NCBI GenBank assembly: GCA_965217895.1
Contig: CBDCJV010000002.1
Location: forward strand, 1,536,001 to 1,600,000
DNA: 64,000 nt
Direction: 5' to 3'
Origin: Waterburya sp.
Lineage (GTDB): Bacteria > Cyanobacteriota > Cyanobacteriia > Cyanobacteriales > Xenococcaceae
Shown: piece by piece, positions 10,731 through 21,466 of the stretch
How positions within the stretch are numbered: the first letter of the stretch is position 1
How the letters are laid out: every line of letters begins with the position of its first letter
Made by a program: the position numbers and the translations under genes
Notes under the pieces: model-generated
Databases searched by the model: none
Told to the model about the DNA's origin: nothing
Seen by the model: only the letters and a program-made list of their open reading frames with translations

Positions 10731-12032
10731 TTGGTTTCTACAACTTCCTTTAAAACGGCTAAATCAGAAGAGATTTTTAGTGCTGCTCAAAAATTAATGC
10801 CTGGTGGAGTTAGCTCACCAGTACGAGCCTTTAAATCTGTCGGTGGTCAGCCTATTGTATTTGACCATGTTAAAGGTGCTTATATTTGGGATGTAGATGG
10901 TAATCAGTATATTGATTACGTTGGTACTTGGGGTCCTGCAATTTGTGGTCATGCTAATCCTGTAGTTATTAAAGCTCTCCATGAAGCTTTAGAAAAAGGC
11001 ACTAGCTTTGGCGCGCCCTGCGCTTTGGAAAATGTCTTGGCAGAAATGGTGATTGATGCTGTTCCTAGTATAGATGTAGTGCGCTTTGTTAACTCAGGAA
11101 CAGAAGCCTGTATGTCTGTTTTGCGTTTGATGCGTGCCTTTACTGGTAGAGACAAAATCGTTAAATTTGAAGGCTGCTATCACGGTCACGCGGATATGTT
11201 TTTGGTCAAGGCTGGTTCTGGGGTAGCAACCCTTGGCTTACCAGATTCTCCTGGAGTACCAAAATCCGCCACTAATAACACTTTAAATGCTCCCTATAAC
11301 GACTTAGAAACAGTCAAGAAATTATTTGCCGAAAATCCTGATGAAATTGCAGGGGTGATTTTAGAGCCTGTAGTTGGTAACTCTGGCTTTGTCACACCTG
11401 ATGCTGGTTTCTTAGAAGGTTTAAGAGAGATAACCCAAGAGCATGGCGCACTATTAATCTTCGACGAGGTAATGACTGGTTTTCGTATAGCTTATGGTGG
11501 CGCACAGGAAAAATTTGGCGTAACGCCCGACCTTACTACCTTAGGTAAAGTTATTGGTGGCGGTTTACCTGTAGGTGCTTATGGTGGACGCGCGGACATT
11601 ATGTCTATGGTTGCACCAGCAGGACCAATGTATCAAGCAGGAACTTTATCTGGTAATCCTTTGGCAATGACTGCGGGAATTAAAACTTTAGAATTGCTGA
11701 GGAAGCCAGGCACTTACGAGCAGTTAGACCGCATTACGAAAAAGCTATCAAATGGCTTATTGGCTGTGGCTAAAGAAGCTGGTCATGAAGTTACTGGAGG
11801 TAGCATCAGTGCTATGTTTGGAATGTTCTTCACAGGTAAAGAAGTTCACAATTACGACGATGCCAAAACCTCAGATATGAAGAAATTCGGTCGTTTTCAT
11901 CGCGGTATGCTAGAAAGAGGCATTTATCTTGCTCCTTCTCAGTTTGAAGCTGGTTTTACATCCTTAGCTCATACTGATGAAGATATTGATAAGACTTTGG
12001 CAGCAGCAAAAGAAGTTTTAGCTGAAATTTAG
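10731..12032 (+). CDS. hemL: Glutamate-1-semialdehyde 2,1-aminomutase
   Basis: [31 protein letters not shown]. Confidence 0.98.
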   Translation: MVSTTSFKTAKSEEIFSAAQKLMPGGVSSPVRAFKSVGGQPIVFDHVKGAYIWDVDGNQYIDYVGTWGPAICGHANPVVIKALHEALEKGTSFGAPCALENVLAEMVIDAVPSIDVVRFVNSGTEACMSVLRLMRAFTGRDKIVKFEGCYHGHADMFLVKAGSGVATLGLPDSPGVPKSATNNTLNAPYNDLETVKKLFAENPDEIAGVILEPVVGNSGFVTPDAGFLEGLREITQEHGALLIFDEVMTGFRIAYGGAQEKFGVTPDLTTLGKVIGGGLPVGAYGGRADIMSMVAPAGPMYQAGTLSGNPLAMTAGIKTLELLRKPGTYEQLDRITKKLSNGLLAVAKEAGHEVTGGSISAMFGMFFTGKEVHNYDDAKTSDMKKFGRFHRGMLERGIYLAPSQFEAGFTSLAHTDEDIDKTLAAAKEVLAEI

Positions 12033-12141
12033 TTGTTAGTTGATTAAGTCTTAGTTTTGAGTGTTTTTTTACATTTGTAATCAAAGAACTTTAATTAATC
12101 TAACTAAGTACTTTTGGGCAAACATTAACTTTATCTAAATC

Positions 12142-12171
12142 AAAAAAGACGGGACAATACCCCGTCTTTTT
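12142..12171. terminator. Bidirectional terminator between hemL and hsp20
   Basis: AAAAAAGACGGG-ACAATAC-CCCGTCTTTTT. Confidence 0.85.
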
Positions 12172-12177
12172 CGGTTA

Positions 12178-12615
12178 TTACAATTCCAGATTTTCTTGAG
12201 CAGCTTCAGTTAAATTAACTTTAACTACTCTATTTTTTTCTGCTTCCGTCTTAGGTAAAGTTAAGTGCAAAATACCGTTGTTGTATTGGGCAGTAACTTT
12301 AGTATTTTGAATAGTTTTTGGTAAAGCGATCGCTCTTTGGAACTTGCCATAGCCAAACTCAGAACGAAGTTTTTCTACTTTAGGTGCTTGACGTTCTCCG
12401 CTAACAATCACTCTATTTGCCATTGCCTGAACATCTATATCTGATTTATTCATTCCAGGCAATTCTAATTTTAATTCAAAAGTTTCTTTGGTTTCGTTCA
12501 GTTCTGCTGCGGGAAAATAGCTACTATTTACAGAAGTTGTATTGTTAAAAATGCCTTCTAACTGACTTTGTAAAGTTGCCATTTCTTGCCAGGGATTATA
12601 ACGAACAATAGTCAT
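12178..12615 (-). CDS. hspA: Hsp20/alpha-crystallin small heat shock protein
   Basis: ELPGM, SEFGYGKFQR, AQYNNGILHLTLPK. Confidence 0.92.
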   Translation of the reverse strand: MTIVRYNPWQEMATLQSQLEGIFNNTTSVNSSYFPAAELNETKETFELKLELPGMNKSDIDVQAMANRVIVSGERQAPKVEKLRSEFGYGKFQRAIALPKTIQNTKVTAQYNNGILHLTLPKTEAEKNRVVKVNLTEAAQENLEL

Positions 12616-12711
12616 AGTTTTATTTCCTTCTCTTTTAATAATCAGCTAATTTGTGTCGCTGTTTTTTGTTTTCTTAATTATTATTGTAGGGAGAGTAAAA
12701 AGATATTGTAA

Positions 12712-12753
12712 GTGTGGTTCGCTTCATCTATATGTCGTATTTTCTGCCCGAAC
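12712..12753 (-). promoter_or_regulatory. Putative heat-shock activator site upstream of hsp20
   Basis: Minus strand GTTCGG-N8-TACGAC-N5-GATGAAGCGAACC, about 60 nt before TACAAT (12683-12688). Confidence 0.45.
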
Positions 12754-12788
12754 AAATTGATATCTAGTTAACCGTAATTAATAATTAT

Positions 12789-13430
12789 TTATTTAGGCTG
12801 AATTGAATAGCCACAGCGATGTTCGCCATCATTAATCCAGTGAGTTCTTTGGACAACACAGTCTGGCAAAACCGCAGCAAACATTTCTAATTCATGTCCA
12901 CAAATGCTGGGATAAGATTCAGCAACTTCAGATATAGCGCAGTTGTGTTCTACTAAAACAAACTGCTTCTTTTTAGGCGCGCTTTGATGCAATTCCGCCA
13001 TATAGCCTTCATCCTTACGTAGCTGGACTAATTTGCTAATGCGCTGTTTTAAAGTTCCTTTGCCTAAGCGATCGCGATATTCGGCTGCTTTACGTTGCCA
13101 TTGCTTTTCCAAAACTAAGCTAACCTGTTCTTTGCCTACGGTTTCAGCTAGGGTATCTAAAAAAGAAACGGCAAAATCATTATATTTTTGGGGACTAAGG
13201 CGATCGCGCCCTTGGCTACTAAGCTGGTACAAATGTTGCGGCCTGCCCATACCTTGATGTATTGACTGATAAGCAATCAATTCATCTGCCTCCAATTCAT
13301 TTAAATGGCGACGAATTGCCTGCGCACTAAGATTAAGGTCGTGCGCTAGCTGTTGCGCGGTTGCCTGACCTTGCTTGAGCAAATATTTCAGAATATTTTG
13401 TTTAGTAGACGGTAAACCAGTGGTTGTCAT
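12789..13430 (-). CDS. sufR: Fe-S cluster biosynthesis transcriptional regulator SufR
   Basis: N-terminal HTH, GRPQHLY, EHNCAI, C-terminal Cys residues; divergent from sufB. Confidence 0.96.
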   Translation of the reverse strand: MTTTGLPSTKQNILKYLLKQGQATAQQLAHDLNLSAQAIRRHLNELEADELIAYQSIHQGMGRPQHLYQLSSQGRDRLSPQKYNDFAVSFLDTLAETVGKEQVSLVLEKQWQRKAAEYRDRLGKGTLKQRISKLVQLRKDEGYMAELHQSAPKKKQFVLVEHNCAISEVAESYPSICGHELEMFAAVLPDCVVQRTHWINDGEHRCGYSIQPK

Positions 13431-13536
13431 CGTCCTAAAGACTATAAATTGGGCTTAATAGAGAAATAATAGCAAAAAGGATTTTTTTGACTTAAACAAT
13501 ATCTATTTGTTGGTAATGTAACTTACAATATACTTA

Positions 13537-13554
13537 AACAACAAATTTGTTGTT
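13537..13554. promoter_or_regulatory. SufR operator
   Basis: Perfect 18-bp palindrome AACAACAAATTTGTTGTT containing the CAAC-N6-GTTG SufR consensus, in the sufR-sufB intergenic region. Confidence 0.85.
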
Positions 13555-13685
13555 AAACTCAAAGTGAACTTTCTTCAACTTTGTCTATACAAACTAATTT
13601 TAGCGAAGTAGTAACAAATCAACCCGTTACTGCTCCACAAAATTTAAAACAACTATTGAAGATATATTTTATATAAGCCCCTACC

Positions 13686-15125
13686 ATGAGTGCCAACGTT
13701 AAAACTTTAGTCAATCAACCCTACAAGTATGGTTTTGTTACCGAGATTGAAACCGAATCAATTCCTCGCGGATTAAGCGAAGATGTTGTTCGTTTAATTT
13801 CGACTAAGAAAAACGAGCCAGAATTTATGCTAGAGTTTCGCCTCAAAGCCTATCGTCAGTGGCTGAAGATGAGTGAACCAGATTGGCCTCATGTAGAATA
13901 TCCTGAAATTGACTATCAAAATATCGTTTACTATTCTGCACCCAAAAAAAAACGTGAAAAGCTAGGTAGCTTAGATGATGTCGATCCCGCTTTGCTAGAA
14001 ACTTTTGACAAGCTAGGTATTCCTCTTTCAGAACAAAAAAGATTGGGTAATGTAGCGGTAGATGCCATTTTTGATAGCGTTTCTATTGGTACTACCTTTA
14101 AGGAAAAACTAGCAGAGGATGGCGTAATATTTTGCTCTATCTCCGAAGCTTTGGAAGAACATCCCGAACTCGTAAAGAAATATTTAGGTAGCGTTGTTCC
14201 TGTAGGGGATAATTACTTTGCTGCTTTAAATTCTGCCGTGTTTAGTGATGGCTCGTTTGTCTTTATTCCCAAAGGCGTAACCTGTCCGATGGAACTATCA
14301 ACCTATTTTCGTATTAATGACGGAGATACGGGTCAGTTTGAGCGTACTTTGATTGTGGCAGAAGAAGGAGCATCTGTAAGCTACTTAGAAGGCTGTACTG
14401 CGCCGATGTTTGACACCAACCAGCTTCACGCTGCGGTGGTAGAGTTAGTGGTCTTAGATAACGCTAGTATTAAATATTCAACCGTTCAAAACTGGTTTGC
14501 AGGAGATGAAAACGGCAAAGGCGGGATTTATAATTTCGTGACCAAACGTGGTTTATGTAAAGGAGTTAATTCCAAAATCTCCTGGACACAGGTAGAAACA
14601 GGTTCGGCGATTACCTGGAAATATCCTAGCTGTGTTTTGGTAGGGGATAACTCTATAGGCGAATTTTATTCCATTGCTTTAACTAATAATAAACAGCAAG
14701 CTGATACAGGAACAAAAATGATTCACGTGGGCAAAAATACCCGCAGCACGATTATTTCTAAGGGGATTTCTGCTGGTAATTCTAAAGGTAGCTATCGTGG
14801 TTTAGTCAAAATTGGCAACAAAGCCGATGGCGCACGCAACTATTCCCAGTGTGATTCAATGCTAATTGGCGACAATGCCGAGGCTAATACCTTTCCGTAT
14901 ATCCAGGTAAATAACAGCACTGCTAAACTAGAACACGAAGCGTCTACGGCAAAAATTGGCGAAGAACAGCTGTTTTACTTTGCTCAACGAGGCATTTCTG
15001 AAGAGGATGCAGTAACCATGTTAGTCAGTGGTTTTTGTAAAGACGTGTTGAATGAACTGCCAATGGAATTTGCAGCCGAAGCAGACAAACTATTGAGCCT
15101 AAAATTAGAAGGAACAGTTGGTTAA
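13686..15125 (+). CDS. sufB: Fe-S cluster assembly protein SufB
   Basis: [33 protein letters not shown]. Confidence 0.98.
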   Translation: MSANVKTLVNQPYKYGFVTEIETESIPRGLSEDVVRLISTKKNEPEFMLEFRLKAYRQWLKMSEPDWPHVEYPEIDYQNIVYYSAPKKKREKLGSLDDVDPALLETFDKLGIPLSEQKRLGNVAVDAIFDSVSIGTTFKEKLAEDGVIFCSISEALEEHPELVKKYLGSVVPVGDNYFAALNSAVFSDGSFVFIPKGVTCPMELSTYFRINDGDTGQFERTLIVAEEGASVSYLEGCTAPMFDTNQLHAAVVELVVLDNASIKYSTVQNWFAGDENGKGGIYNFVTKRGLCKGVNSKISWTQVETGSAITWKYPSCVLVGDNSIGEFYSIALTNNKQQADTGTKMIHVGKNTRSTIISKGISAGNSKGSYRGLVKIGNKADGARNYSQCDSMLIGDNAEANTFPYIQVNNSTAKLEHEASTAKIGEEQLFYFAQRGISEEDAVTMLVSGFCKDVLNELPMEFAAEADKLLSLKLEGTVG

Positions 15126-15151
15126 ATATTTTTTGGGTTAGGTATAAATTG

Positions 15152-15177
15152 AGGACGTACTAATAGTGCGTCCTTTT
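15152..15177 (+). terminator. Terminator after sufB
   Basis: AGGACGTACT-AAT-AGTGCGTCCT-TTT. Confidence 0.75.
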
Positions 15178-15237
15178 ATTTTAAGAATAATTATACGCCG
15201 AGCATTTTAATGGCGATCGCAATTTTGAGTTTGGTTA

Positions 15238-15825
15238 CTAATTTAATTCAACACGGTCATAAAGTTCATCTAGACTAATTTCTAATTCAAATGAATCAAA
15301 GGTAATTATACTTTCCTTGGTCGCATATTCAGAAAGTACCCATTGATCCAAGTTATTTTTAGTAAATTTCTCTACCTGCATAGATGTTTGACTAATTAAT
15401 AAATATTCTCTAAAACTAGGAATAGTGCGATACATCCGAAACTTATCACCACGGTCATATTTTTCGGTAGAGTCAGATAAAATTTCGGCAATCATTATAG
15501 GATTGACAATTGTATCACTGCGATTTTCAGCAAATACCAAAGGGGTATTGACTACCATCACATCAGGATAAGTATACAAACGGCAGTAAGGTATCGAGAG
15601 GCGTAAATCACTCATGAAAATATCATAAGAAGTACCTCTCAAAGCAAAATTCAATGTACTACTCAAATTTAGGGCGATTTTATTGTGATTAGGTTTCCCG
15701 CCAGCCATAGGTATTATTTGACCATCTAAATATTCGCTTCTTTGTTCAGCCTGGGTTTCTAGTTCTAAATATTCGGCGGGGGAATAATAAATTTTAGTAG
15801 GGACTTGCATAGCTATAATTGTCAT
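15238..15825 (-). CDS. Uma2 family endonuclease-like protein
   Basis: EYLDG..MAGG..H, YPDVMV, EILSDST..YDRGDK. Confidence 0.92.
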   Translation of the reverse strand: MTIIAMQVPTKIYYSPAEYLELETQAEQRSEYLDGQIIPMAGGKPNHNKIALNLSSTLNFALRGTSYDIFMSDLRLSIPYCRLYTYPDVMVVNTPLVFAENRSDTIVNPIMIAEILSDSTEKYDRGDKFRMYRTIPSFREYLLISQTSMQVEKFTKNNLDQWVLSEYATKESIITFDSFELEISLDELYDRVELN

Positions 15826-15864
15826 TCATGAATTTATTATAAACAGGCTAGAGTTTAAGCAAAT

Positions 15865-16902
15865 CTATTGATACAATTGCATTACCTGGGCGATCGCCAT
15901 ACGAGACTGAACGTTCAAATCTAGTGTAGATCTGTGTCCTAAATTAAAATGTTCGGCTGCTGCACAACCAATCATGGCTGCATTATCTGTACAAAATTTG
16001 AGAGGAGGAAAATATACCTTTAACTGATGCTTGGCTGCTGCTTGAGTTAAATACTTTCTCAAACCGCTATTTGCAGCCACACCACCGCCAATGGTAATAG
16101 TATCTAGATTGTGATCTAGGGCGCATTGCACGCTGCGCTTAGTCAAAACTTGAGCAACAGTATGCTGAAAACTAGCTGCAATATCCGCTACAGGAACTTC
16201 TCCTTCCGCTTTTAATTTTTCTACTAGCCTTAAAACTGCTGTCTTCAAACCGCTGAAGCTAAAATCATAGGGATGATAACCTCCTCTAGGTAAAGAGATT
16301 TTACCTGCTGGTAACTTAAATGCTTTGGGGTTGCCTTCTTGTGCCAAGCGATCGATTATTGGCCCACCTGGATATCCTAGGTCTAATAACCTCGCTACTT
16401 TGTCAAATGCCTCTCCTGCTGCATCATCTCTCGTTGAACCAAGTAGTTTGTACTCGCCATAATCTTTGACATGAATACTGCTGGTATGTCCTCCAGAAAC
16501 TAATAAACACAAAAAAGGTGGCTCTAATTCTGGTTGAGCTAGGTAAGAGGCATAAATATGCCCTTCCAAGTGATGTACCCCCAAAAAAGGCTTATTGTGA
16601 ATCATTGACAGGGTTTTAGCTGCTGCCACTCCTACTAATAAAGCCCCCACCAAACCAGGAGTACAGGTAGCTGCGATCGCATCTATATTTTGCCAATCTA
16701 TTTGCGCCTCTGACATTGCCTGAGCAATACAGGGGTTAATAATCTCAAGGTGTTGCCGAGAAGCTAATTCAGGTACAACACCACCATAAGTTCGGTGTAG
16801 TTCAATCTGAGAAGAAACAATACTACTCAAAACTTGACGATTCTTTACGATAGCCACCGCAGTTTCGTCACAACTTGTTTCGATCGCTAAAATTGTTGCC
16901 AT
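15865..16902 (-). CDS. tsaD: tRNA t6A37 threonylcarbamoyltransferase TsaD
   Basis: [37 protein letters not shown]. Confidence 0.97.
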   Translation of the reverse strand: MATILAIETSCDETAVAIVKNRQVLSSIVSSQIELHRTYGGVVPELASRQHLEIINPCIAQAMSEAQIDWQNIDAIAATCTPGLVGALLVGVAAAKTLSMIHNKPFLGVHHLEGHIYASYLAQPELEPPFLCLLVSGGHTSSIHVKDYGEYKLLGSTRDDAAGEAFDKVARLLDLGYPGGPIIDRLAQEGNPKAFKLPAGKISLPRGGYHPYDFSFSGLKTAVLRLVEKLKAEGEVPVADIAASFQHTVAQVLTKRSVQCALDHNLDTITIGGGVAANSGLRKYLTQAAAKHQLKVYFPPLKFCTDNAAMIGCAAAEHFNLGHRSTLDLNVQSRMAIAQVMQLYQ

Positions 16903-17102
16903 CCTTTGATAAGTTGATTTACAAGAACAAATTTGTTCGCCTAATCCCTAACGTTCGTAATCAGGAAAAATCTATCTAAGCGTAATCAACGCTCAGGTAA
17001 ATTACAGTCTGTTAGCGAAAGTAAGATTAGTTAGCGTATAAGAAATATCTTTACGCTCATACACATACACAATTATTATCTGTCACAAAAGGAAACATAT
17101 TC

Positions 17103-17600
17103 ATGAGAAGGTTGTTTGCTTTAATATTAGTATTTACGCTTTGGTTTGGTTTTGCACCTACGGCGAATGCTGATGAAGTAGCAAATTTGACTCCCTGTGG
17201 AGAAAATGCTGCTTACGTACAAAAAGCTAAAAATTTCCGCAACACTACCGATGATCCCAATTCTGGTCAAATTAGAGCCGAGCGTTATGCAGAAGCTCTT
17301 TGTGGACCAGAAGGCTATCCCCATTTAATCGTAGATGGTCGCTGGTCACACATGGGAGATTTCTTTATCCCCAGCATTTTATTTTTGTATATCGCTGGTT
17401 GGATTGGTTGGGCTGGTCGCTCTTACGTAATTGCTGTTAGAAAAGAAAAGAACTCAGAAATGCAAGAAGTTGTAATCAATGTTCCCTTAGCTATTAGCAA
17501 AATGTTAGCAGCAGCCACTTGGCCCCTACTGGCATTTGGTGAAATCTCCAGTGGCAAAATGTTTGCCGACAAATCGGAAATTACCGTTTCACCCCGCTAA
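17103..17600 (+). CDS. psaF: Photosystem I subunit III (PsaF)
   Basis: Signal peptide, LTPC, PHLIVDGR, LYIAGWIGWAGR, TVSPR. Confidence 0.97.
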   Translation: MRRLFALILVFTLWFGFAPTANADEVANLTPCGENAAYVQKAKNFRNTTDDPNSGQIRAERYAEALCGPEGYPHLIVDGRWSHMGDFFIPSILFLYIAGWIGWAGRSYVIAVRKEKNSEMQEVVINVPLAISKMLAAATWPLLAFGEISSGKMFADKSEITVSPR

Positions 17601-17635
17601 ATTGCACTTTATTAACTGTTTGAATGGAGGATATT

Positions 17636-17764
17636 ATGGGAGACTTACAAAAGTTTCTTTCCACTGCCCCAGTCTTAATTATGGCTTTGCTAACCGTTAC
17701 GGCTGGGCTTTTAATTGAATTTAATCGTTTTTTTCCAGACTTATTGTTCCATCCCTTAAGCTGA
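17636..17764 (+). CDS. psaJ: Photosystem I subunit IX (PsaJ), not in ORF track
   Basis: [50 protein letters not shown]; follows psaF. Confidence 0.97.
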   Translation: MGDLQKFLSTAPVLIMALLTVTAGLLIEFNRFFPDLLFHPLS

Positions 17765-17835
17765 TCTAAAATCGAAGCAAAATTTAACTTAAACATTGCT
17801 ACTTTCAGCTATTTGCTGAAGAATTGAACTTCATT

Positions 17836-17872
17836 AACTGCGATTAATTTATTTTTAGTCGCAGTTTTTTTT
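17836..17872 (+). terminator. psaFJ terminator
   Basis: AACTGCGATTAA...TTAGTCGCAGTT plus T run. Confidence 0.8.
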
Positions 17873-17952
17873 AATTCAAATCTTATGTTTGAGCCAAAAA
17901 ACTGATGTAGCTAACAGTTACAATGTAACTATTGATTTGAAACAGTATTTTT

Positions 17953-18399
17953 ATGTCCAAAGTAGTTAGCACTAGATTAGCAACAGAAACAGAAGCCAGA
18001 TTACAAAGATTAGCTCGTCTTTTGGGTAAAACTCCTAGTGAGACAGGGGCGATGTTAATCGAGGAATCCTTGCGACAAAGTGAATTTGCTTATATTGAAT
18101 TTCGTAACTCTCCTCTTGGAAGACAGGCTTACATGAAAAATTCTAATTTAGCAGTCTGGCAAGTGATGATGCTGGCGAAAGAATTAGATAACGATGTAAA
18201 TGCAATTGCTAATCATCTTCAGAAATCAACTGCATGGGTACAAGCAGCATTTAACTATACAGAAGCTTATCCCGAAGAAATTGATTTGGCCATACAAGAC
18301 GATATGGCAATTGATTACACAACTATCAAACGACTCCTACCACAAACCGAACTGTTATTAATTCCCCAAGATATCATGAAGGAAGATATCTCAAATTAA
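17953..18399 (+). CDS. Putative antitoxin: RHH-like N-terminus plus DUF433-like domain
   Basis: 'VSTRL..E....L.RLA....KTPSE' then 'IEFR....GRQA...LAVWQV...V.AAFNY...YPEEI'; coupled to a PIN gene. Confidence 0.75.
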   Translation: MSKVVSTRLATETEARLQRLARLLGKTPSETGAMLIEESLRQSEFAYIEFRNSPLGRQAYMKNSNLAVWQVMMLAKELDNDVNAIANHLQKSTAWVQAAFNYTEAYPEEIDLAIQDDMAIDYTTIKRLLPQTELLLIPQDIMKEDISN

Positions 18400-18773
18400 T
18401 GCTATCTTTCCTTCTTGATGAGCAAATATCACCAGAAATAGCCCAGCAAATTAATAACAAACATTCAGAAATCCCTATATTTTCGATTCACACTTGGAAA
18501 AATGGCAATTTTCTTGGTGTTGCGGATGAAGCAATTCTCAGGATAGCAGCACTAAAACAGCTTACTTTAATTACTTACGATCAAAAAACTATTCCACCTA
18601 TCTTAGTTAAATGGGGACAAGCAAATATCAACCACGCAGGAGTAATTTTTATTAACTATCGCTCTATTTCTCCTAATAATTTTGGTGGATTGATTAAAGC
18701 TATTATTTGGTTGGGTCAAACTCAAAAAAATAGTGATTGGCAAAATCGGATTGTTTACTTACAACCAAGCTAA
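18399..18773 (+). CDS. DUF5615 / PIN-like putative toxin
   Basis: FLLDEQIS, ADEAIL, LITYD, HAGVI. Overlaps the upstream stop (TAATG). Confidence 0.8.
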   Translation: MLSFLLDEQISPEIAQQINNKHSEIPIFSIHTWKNGNFLGVADEAILRIAALKQLTLITYDQKTIPPILVKWGQANINHAGVIFINYRSISPNNFGGLIKAIIWLGQTQKNSDWQNRIVYLQPS

Positions 18774-18814
18774 AACACTATAATTTGTATTACAAAGACT
18801 GTAAGAAATAAGTT

Positions 18815-19063
18815 ATGAATATTCAATTAAAACCAGAACAAGAAAAATTTATTCAAGAAAAGATTGCTAGCGGTGTATATAGTAATGCTAATGATGTAAT
18901 TTCTAAAGCTTTTGAACTACTAGAAGCAAGAGAAAAAAAATTGAAAGAACTTCGAGACAAAATTGTTATTGGCACTGAACAAATAGCTAATAAACAGCTA
19001 ACAGATGGTGAAATTATTTTTGATAAATTACAGGAGAAAATAAAGAGAATTGCTGGTGAATAA
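18815..19063 (+). CDS. parD: ParD family antitoxin
   Basis: MNIQLKPEQEKFI..KIASG.Y.N..DVI..A..LL pattern. Confidence 0.85.
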   Translation: MNIQLKPEQEKFIQEKIASGVYSNANDVISKAFELLEAREKKLKELRDKIVIGTEQIANKQLTDGEIIFDKLQEKIKRIAGE

Positions 19064-19068
19064 AATTT

Positions 19069-19368
19069 ATGAGTAGCTATTCTTTCACTAATGTTGCAAT
19101 ACAAGATATTGATGAGATTTGTGAATATATTGCTCGTCAGAATTCTCAAGCAGCTGGCCAATTATTTGATGTAATCAGAAAAAAATGTAAGCTGATTGCC
19201 AATTTCCCTAACATGGGGAAAAGCTACAGTAAACTTGCTCCTGGTTTAAGAGGTTTTGTTGTTGAGAATTATATTATTTTTTATTACGCTAAAAAAGATG
19301 GAATCAACATCGCTAGAGTAGTTAGCGGTTATCAAGACCTGGAATTGTTGTTTTTAGAGAATAAATAA
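19069..19368 (+). CDS. parE: RelE/ParE family toxin
   Basis: A.QDIDEI..YIA, FPNMG, LR.F....YIIFY, RVVSG.QDL. Confidence 0.88.
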   Translation: MSSYSFTNVAIQDIDEICEYIARQNSQAAGQLFDVIRKKCKLIANFPNMGKSYSKLAPGLRGFVVENYIIFYYAKKDGINIARVVSGYQDLELLFLENK

Positions 19369-19470
19369 CGAGCTGTAATTATTTAATTTAATTGCGATCG
19401 CTTTATAAAAAATAGCCAAAACAAAGTTTGTTATAAAGGAGAAAATTATTTTTAAATAATATCAACTAAA

Positions 19471-19590
19471 ATGAGATACAAAAGATGTAGACCCGAAAAG
19501 CGAATTTATCGTAATTTAGCTTTAGGAGCAATAACTTTTTTAGTTTTAGCAACAGTTTTACCTGTAATTGGTACTTCTGGAATGATGTAA
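19471..19590 (+). CDS. Possible 39-aa single-TM peptide
   Basis: MRYKRCRPEKRIYRNLALGAITFLVLATVLPVIGTSGMM*: basic N-terminus plus hydrophobic helix. No well-placed RBS. Confidence 0.35.
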   Translation: MRYKRCRPEKRIYRNLALGAITFLVLATVLPVIGTSGMM

Positions 19591-19613
19591 TTGATTACAC
19601 CGCTACATAATAA

Positions 19614-20393
19614 TCAGTTTAAATTTTTCGCAATTTTCTTGGCGGTACGCAATATTTGTCCTGCCAAAATAGCTGCCCCAAAACCATTATCTATATTTAC
19701 TACTCCAATTCCCGCAGCACAGGAGTTTAGCATAGTTAACAAAGGCGCAACACCACCAAAACTTGCTCCATAGCCAACGCTAGTAGGTACTGCCACCACA
19801 GGACAATCCGCCATTCCTGCCACAACGCTGGGTAATGCACCTTCCATGCCTGCCACCACAATTAAAACATCGGCATCATAAACAACCTCACGATTGCTTA
19901 ATAGACGATGGATTCCTGCTACCCCCACATCCCAAAGACGAGTCACCGCAAAGCCACATAGTTCAGCAGTAATGGCAGCTTCTTCGGCAACGGGAATATC
20001 AGCCGTGCCAGCGGTAAGAATTGAAATTGTTCCCGCCTGGTTGGAAGTTTGAGGAGCAGACAAAGTGCAAATGCGGGCAGTAGGATAGTAGATTAAGTCG
20101 GGAATGGCTTGTTTTAGCTGTTTATATATTTCGATTTCAATCCGAGTTGCCATAACTACCGCAGCGTCTTGTGCCATGGCAGTCATAATTTTAATTATTT
20201 GTTCGGGAGTTTTGTCTGCACCCCAAATAACCTCAGGAAAACCTGTCCTAAGCTGTCGATGATGATCTATTTTGGCAAACTCATCTAGGGTTTCAAAAGG
20301 CAGATCTTTGAGCTTTTCCAAAGCAGATTCTGGACTTATATTACCAGAGGCGATCGCCTGGAGCAAATTTTTTAGTGCTTCTGGCTGTGTCAT
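19614..20393 (-). CDS. larB: LarB / CpmA (PurE-like NCAIR mutase family)
   Basis: RTGFPEVIW, AGTADIPVAEEA, DVGVAGIHRL, AGMEGALPS, LNSCAAG. Confidence 0.93.
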   Translation of the reverse strand: MTQPEALKNLLQAIASGNISPESALEKLKDLPFETLDEFAKIDHHRQLRTGFPEVIWGADKTPEQIIKIMTAMAQDAAVVMATRIEIEIYKQLKQAIPDLIYYPTARICTLSAPQTSNQAGTISILTAGTADIPVAEEAAITAELCGFAVTRLWDVGVAGIHRLLSNREVVYDADVLIVVAGMEGALPSVVAGMADCPVVAVPTSVGYGASFGGVAPLLTMLNSCAAGIGVVNIDNGFGAAILAGQILRTAKKIAKNLN

Positions 20394-20419
20394 TAAACTA
20401 ATTGAAGTCAGATAAGAAA

Positions 20420-21370
20420 TTAAATTATAGATTTAACTTGGATACCATTACTAACAAGTTTGGTTACCCAAAAACGAAGTTGAGAATCGTTAATTTGAGT
20501 TTTCACCCGATCTTTAACGGCGATCGCTTTTGCCTCAGAGTCGCACAGCGCAAACACAGTAGGTCCTGAGCCAGACATCATTGTACCCAGTATATCTTGA
20601 GCAGCAAAAGCTGACTTGAGTTTTGCTACCTGGGGATATTCAGGCAAAACAACTTTTTCTAAGTCATTGTGGATTAATTTACCAATTTCTTGAGCATTTT
20701 TATTGACTATGGCATTAACCAAAGGACTAGAATTCACCTCGGCAGTGCGAGATTTAATTCCTGCTGCATCAGAGATATAAGAATTGCCATACTGCTGACG
20801 ATAAGTTTTATATGCCCAGGGTGTAGAAACGCCAATGTTATCGTATTTAGCCAAAACCAGCCAAATATCGTCAAGATTTGGGAGCGCGTCTAGTTTTTCT
20901 CCTCTACCAGTCGCGATCGCTGTTCCTCCAGAAACACAAAAAGGAATGTCAGAGCCTAATTGAGCAGCCAACTCCTCTAATTCAGGTTGAGTTAAACCCA
21001 AATTCCAGATTAAGTTCGTTCCTACTAGTACTGCTGCTGCGTTACCAGATCCTCCCGCCAAGCCAGCAGCTACAGGAATGTTTTTTACAATTCTGATGCT
21101 AACACCACCATAGTTAGCGTGTACATCAGGAAAAACTTTACACATTAGTTGAGCAGCGCGATAAGCCAAATTAGTTTCATTTTCTGGTACATAGGGATGA
21201 TCGCAGTAAATGTAAATCTTTTGAGTATCGCTTGGTTTAATATCTACTCGATCTGCCAAGCCAATACTCTGTAAAATCATGACTAGCTCATGAAATCCGT
21301 CAGAGCGATCGCCAATAATTTCTAAATAAAGATTGATTTTTGCTGGTGCAATCAGAGAACAAGAACGCAT
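20420..21370 (-). CDS. ispE: 4-diphosphocytidyl-2-C-methyl-D-erythritol kinase
   Basis: [29 protein letters not shown]. Confidence 0.97.
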   Translation of the reverse strand: MRSCSLIAPAKINLYLEIIGDRSDGFHELVMILQSIGLADRVDIKPSDTQKIYIYCDHPYVPENETNLAYRAAQLMCKVFPDVHANYGGVSIRIVKNIPVAAGLAGGSGNAAAVLVGTNLIWNLGLTQPELEELAAQLGSDIPFCVSGGTAIATGRGEKLDALPNLDDIWLVLAKYDNIGVSTPWAYKTYRQQYGNSYISDAAGIKSRTAEVNSSPLVNAIVNKNAQEIGKLIHNDLEKVVLPEYPQVAKLKSAFAAQDILGTMMSGSGPTVFALCDSEAKAIAVKDRVKTQINDSQLRFWVTKLVSNGIQVKSII

Positions 21371-21466
21371 ATCTTAGAAAACAAAGTAGCCATTTGATTA
21401 CTATATAGTGAATTCACTACAGTCAGAACAGATAGAGTTTATGCGCCCATAAAATTACCGTTAAAT

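Noticed and set aside
17536..17796. ORF-track calls 17536-17718 (+) and 17581-17796 (-)
   Set aside because: Shadows of psaF and psaJ; the real gene is psaJ at 17636-17764.
18853..19161. 102-aa antisense ORF over parD/parE
   Set aside because: Shadow of two well-supported genes.
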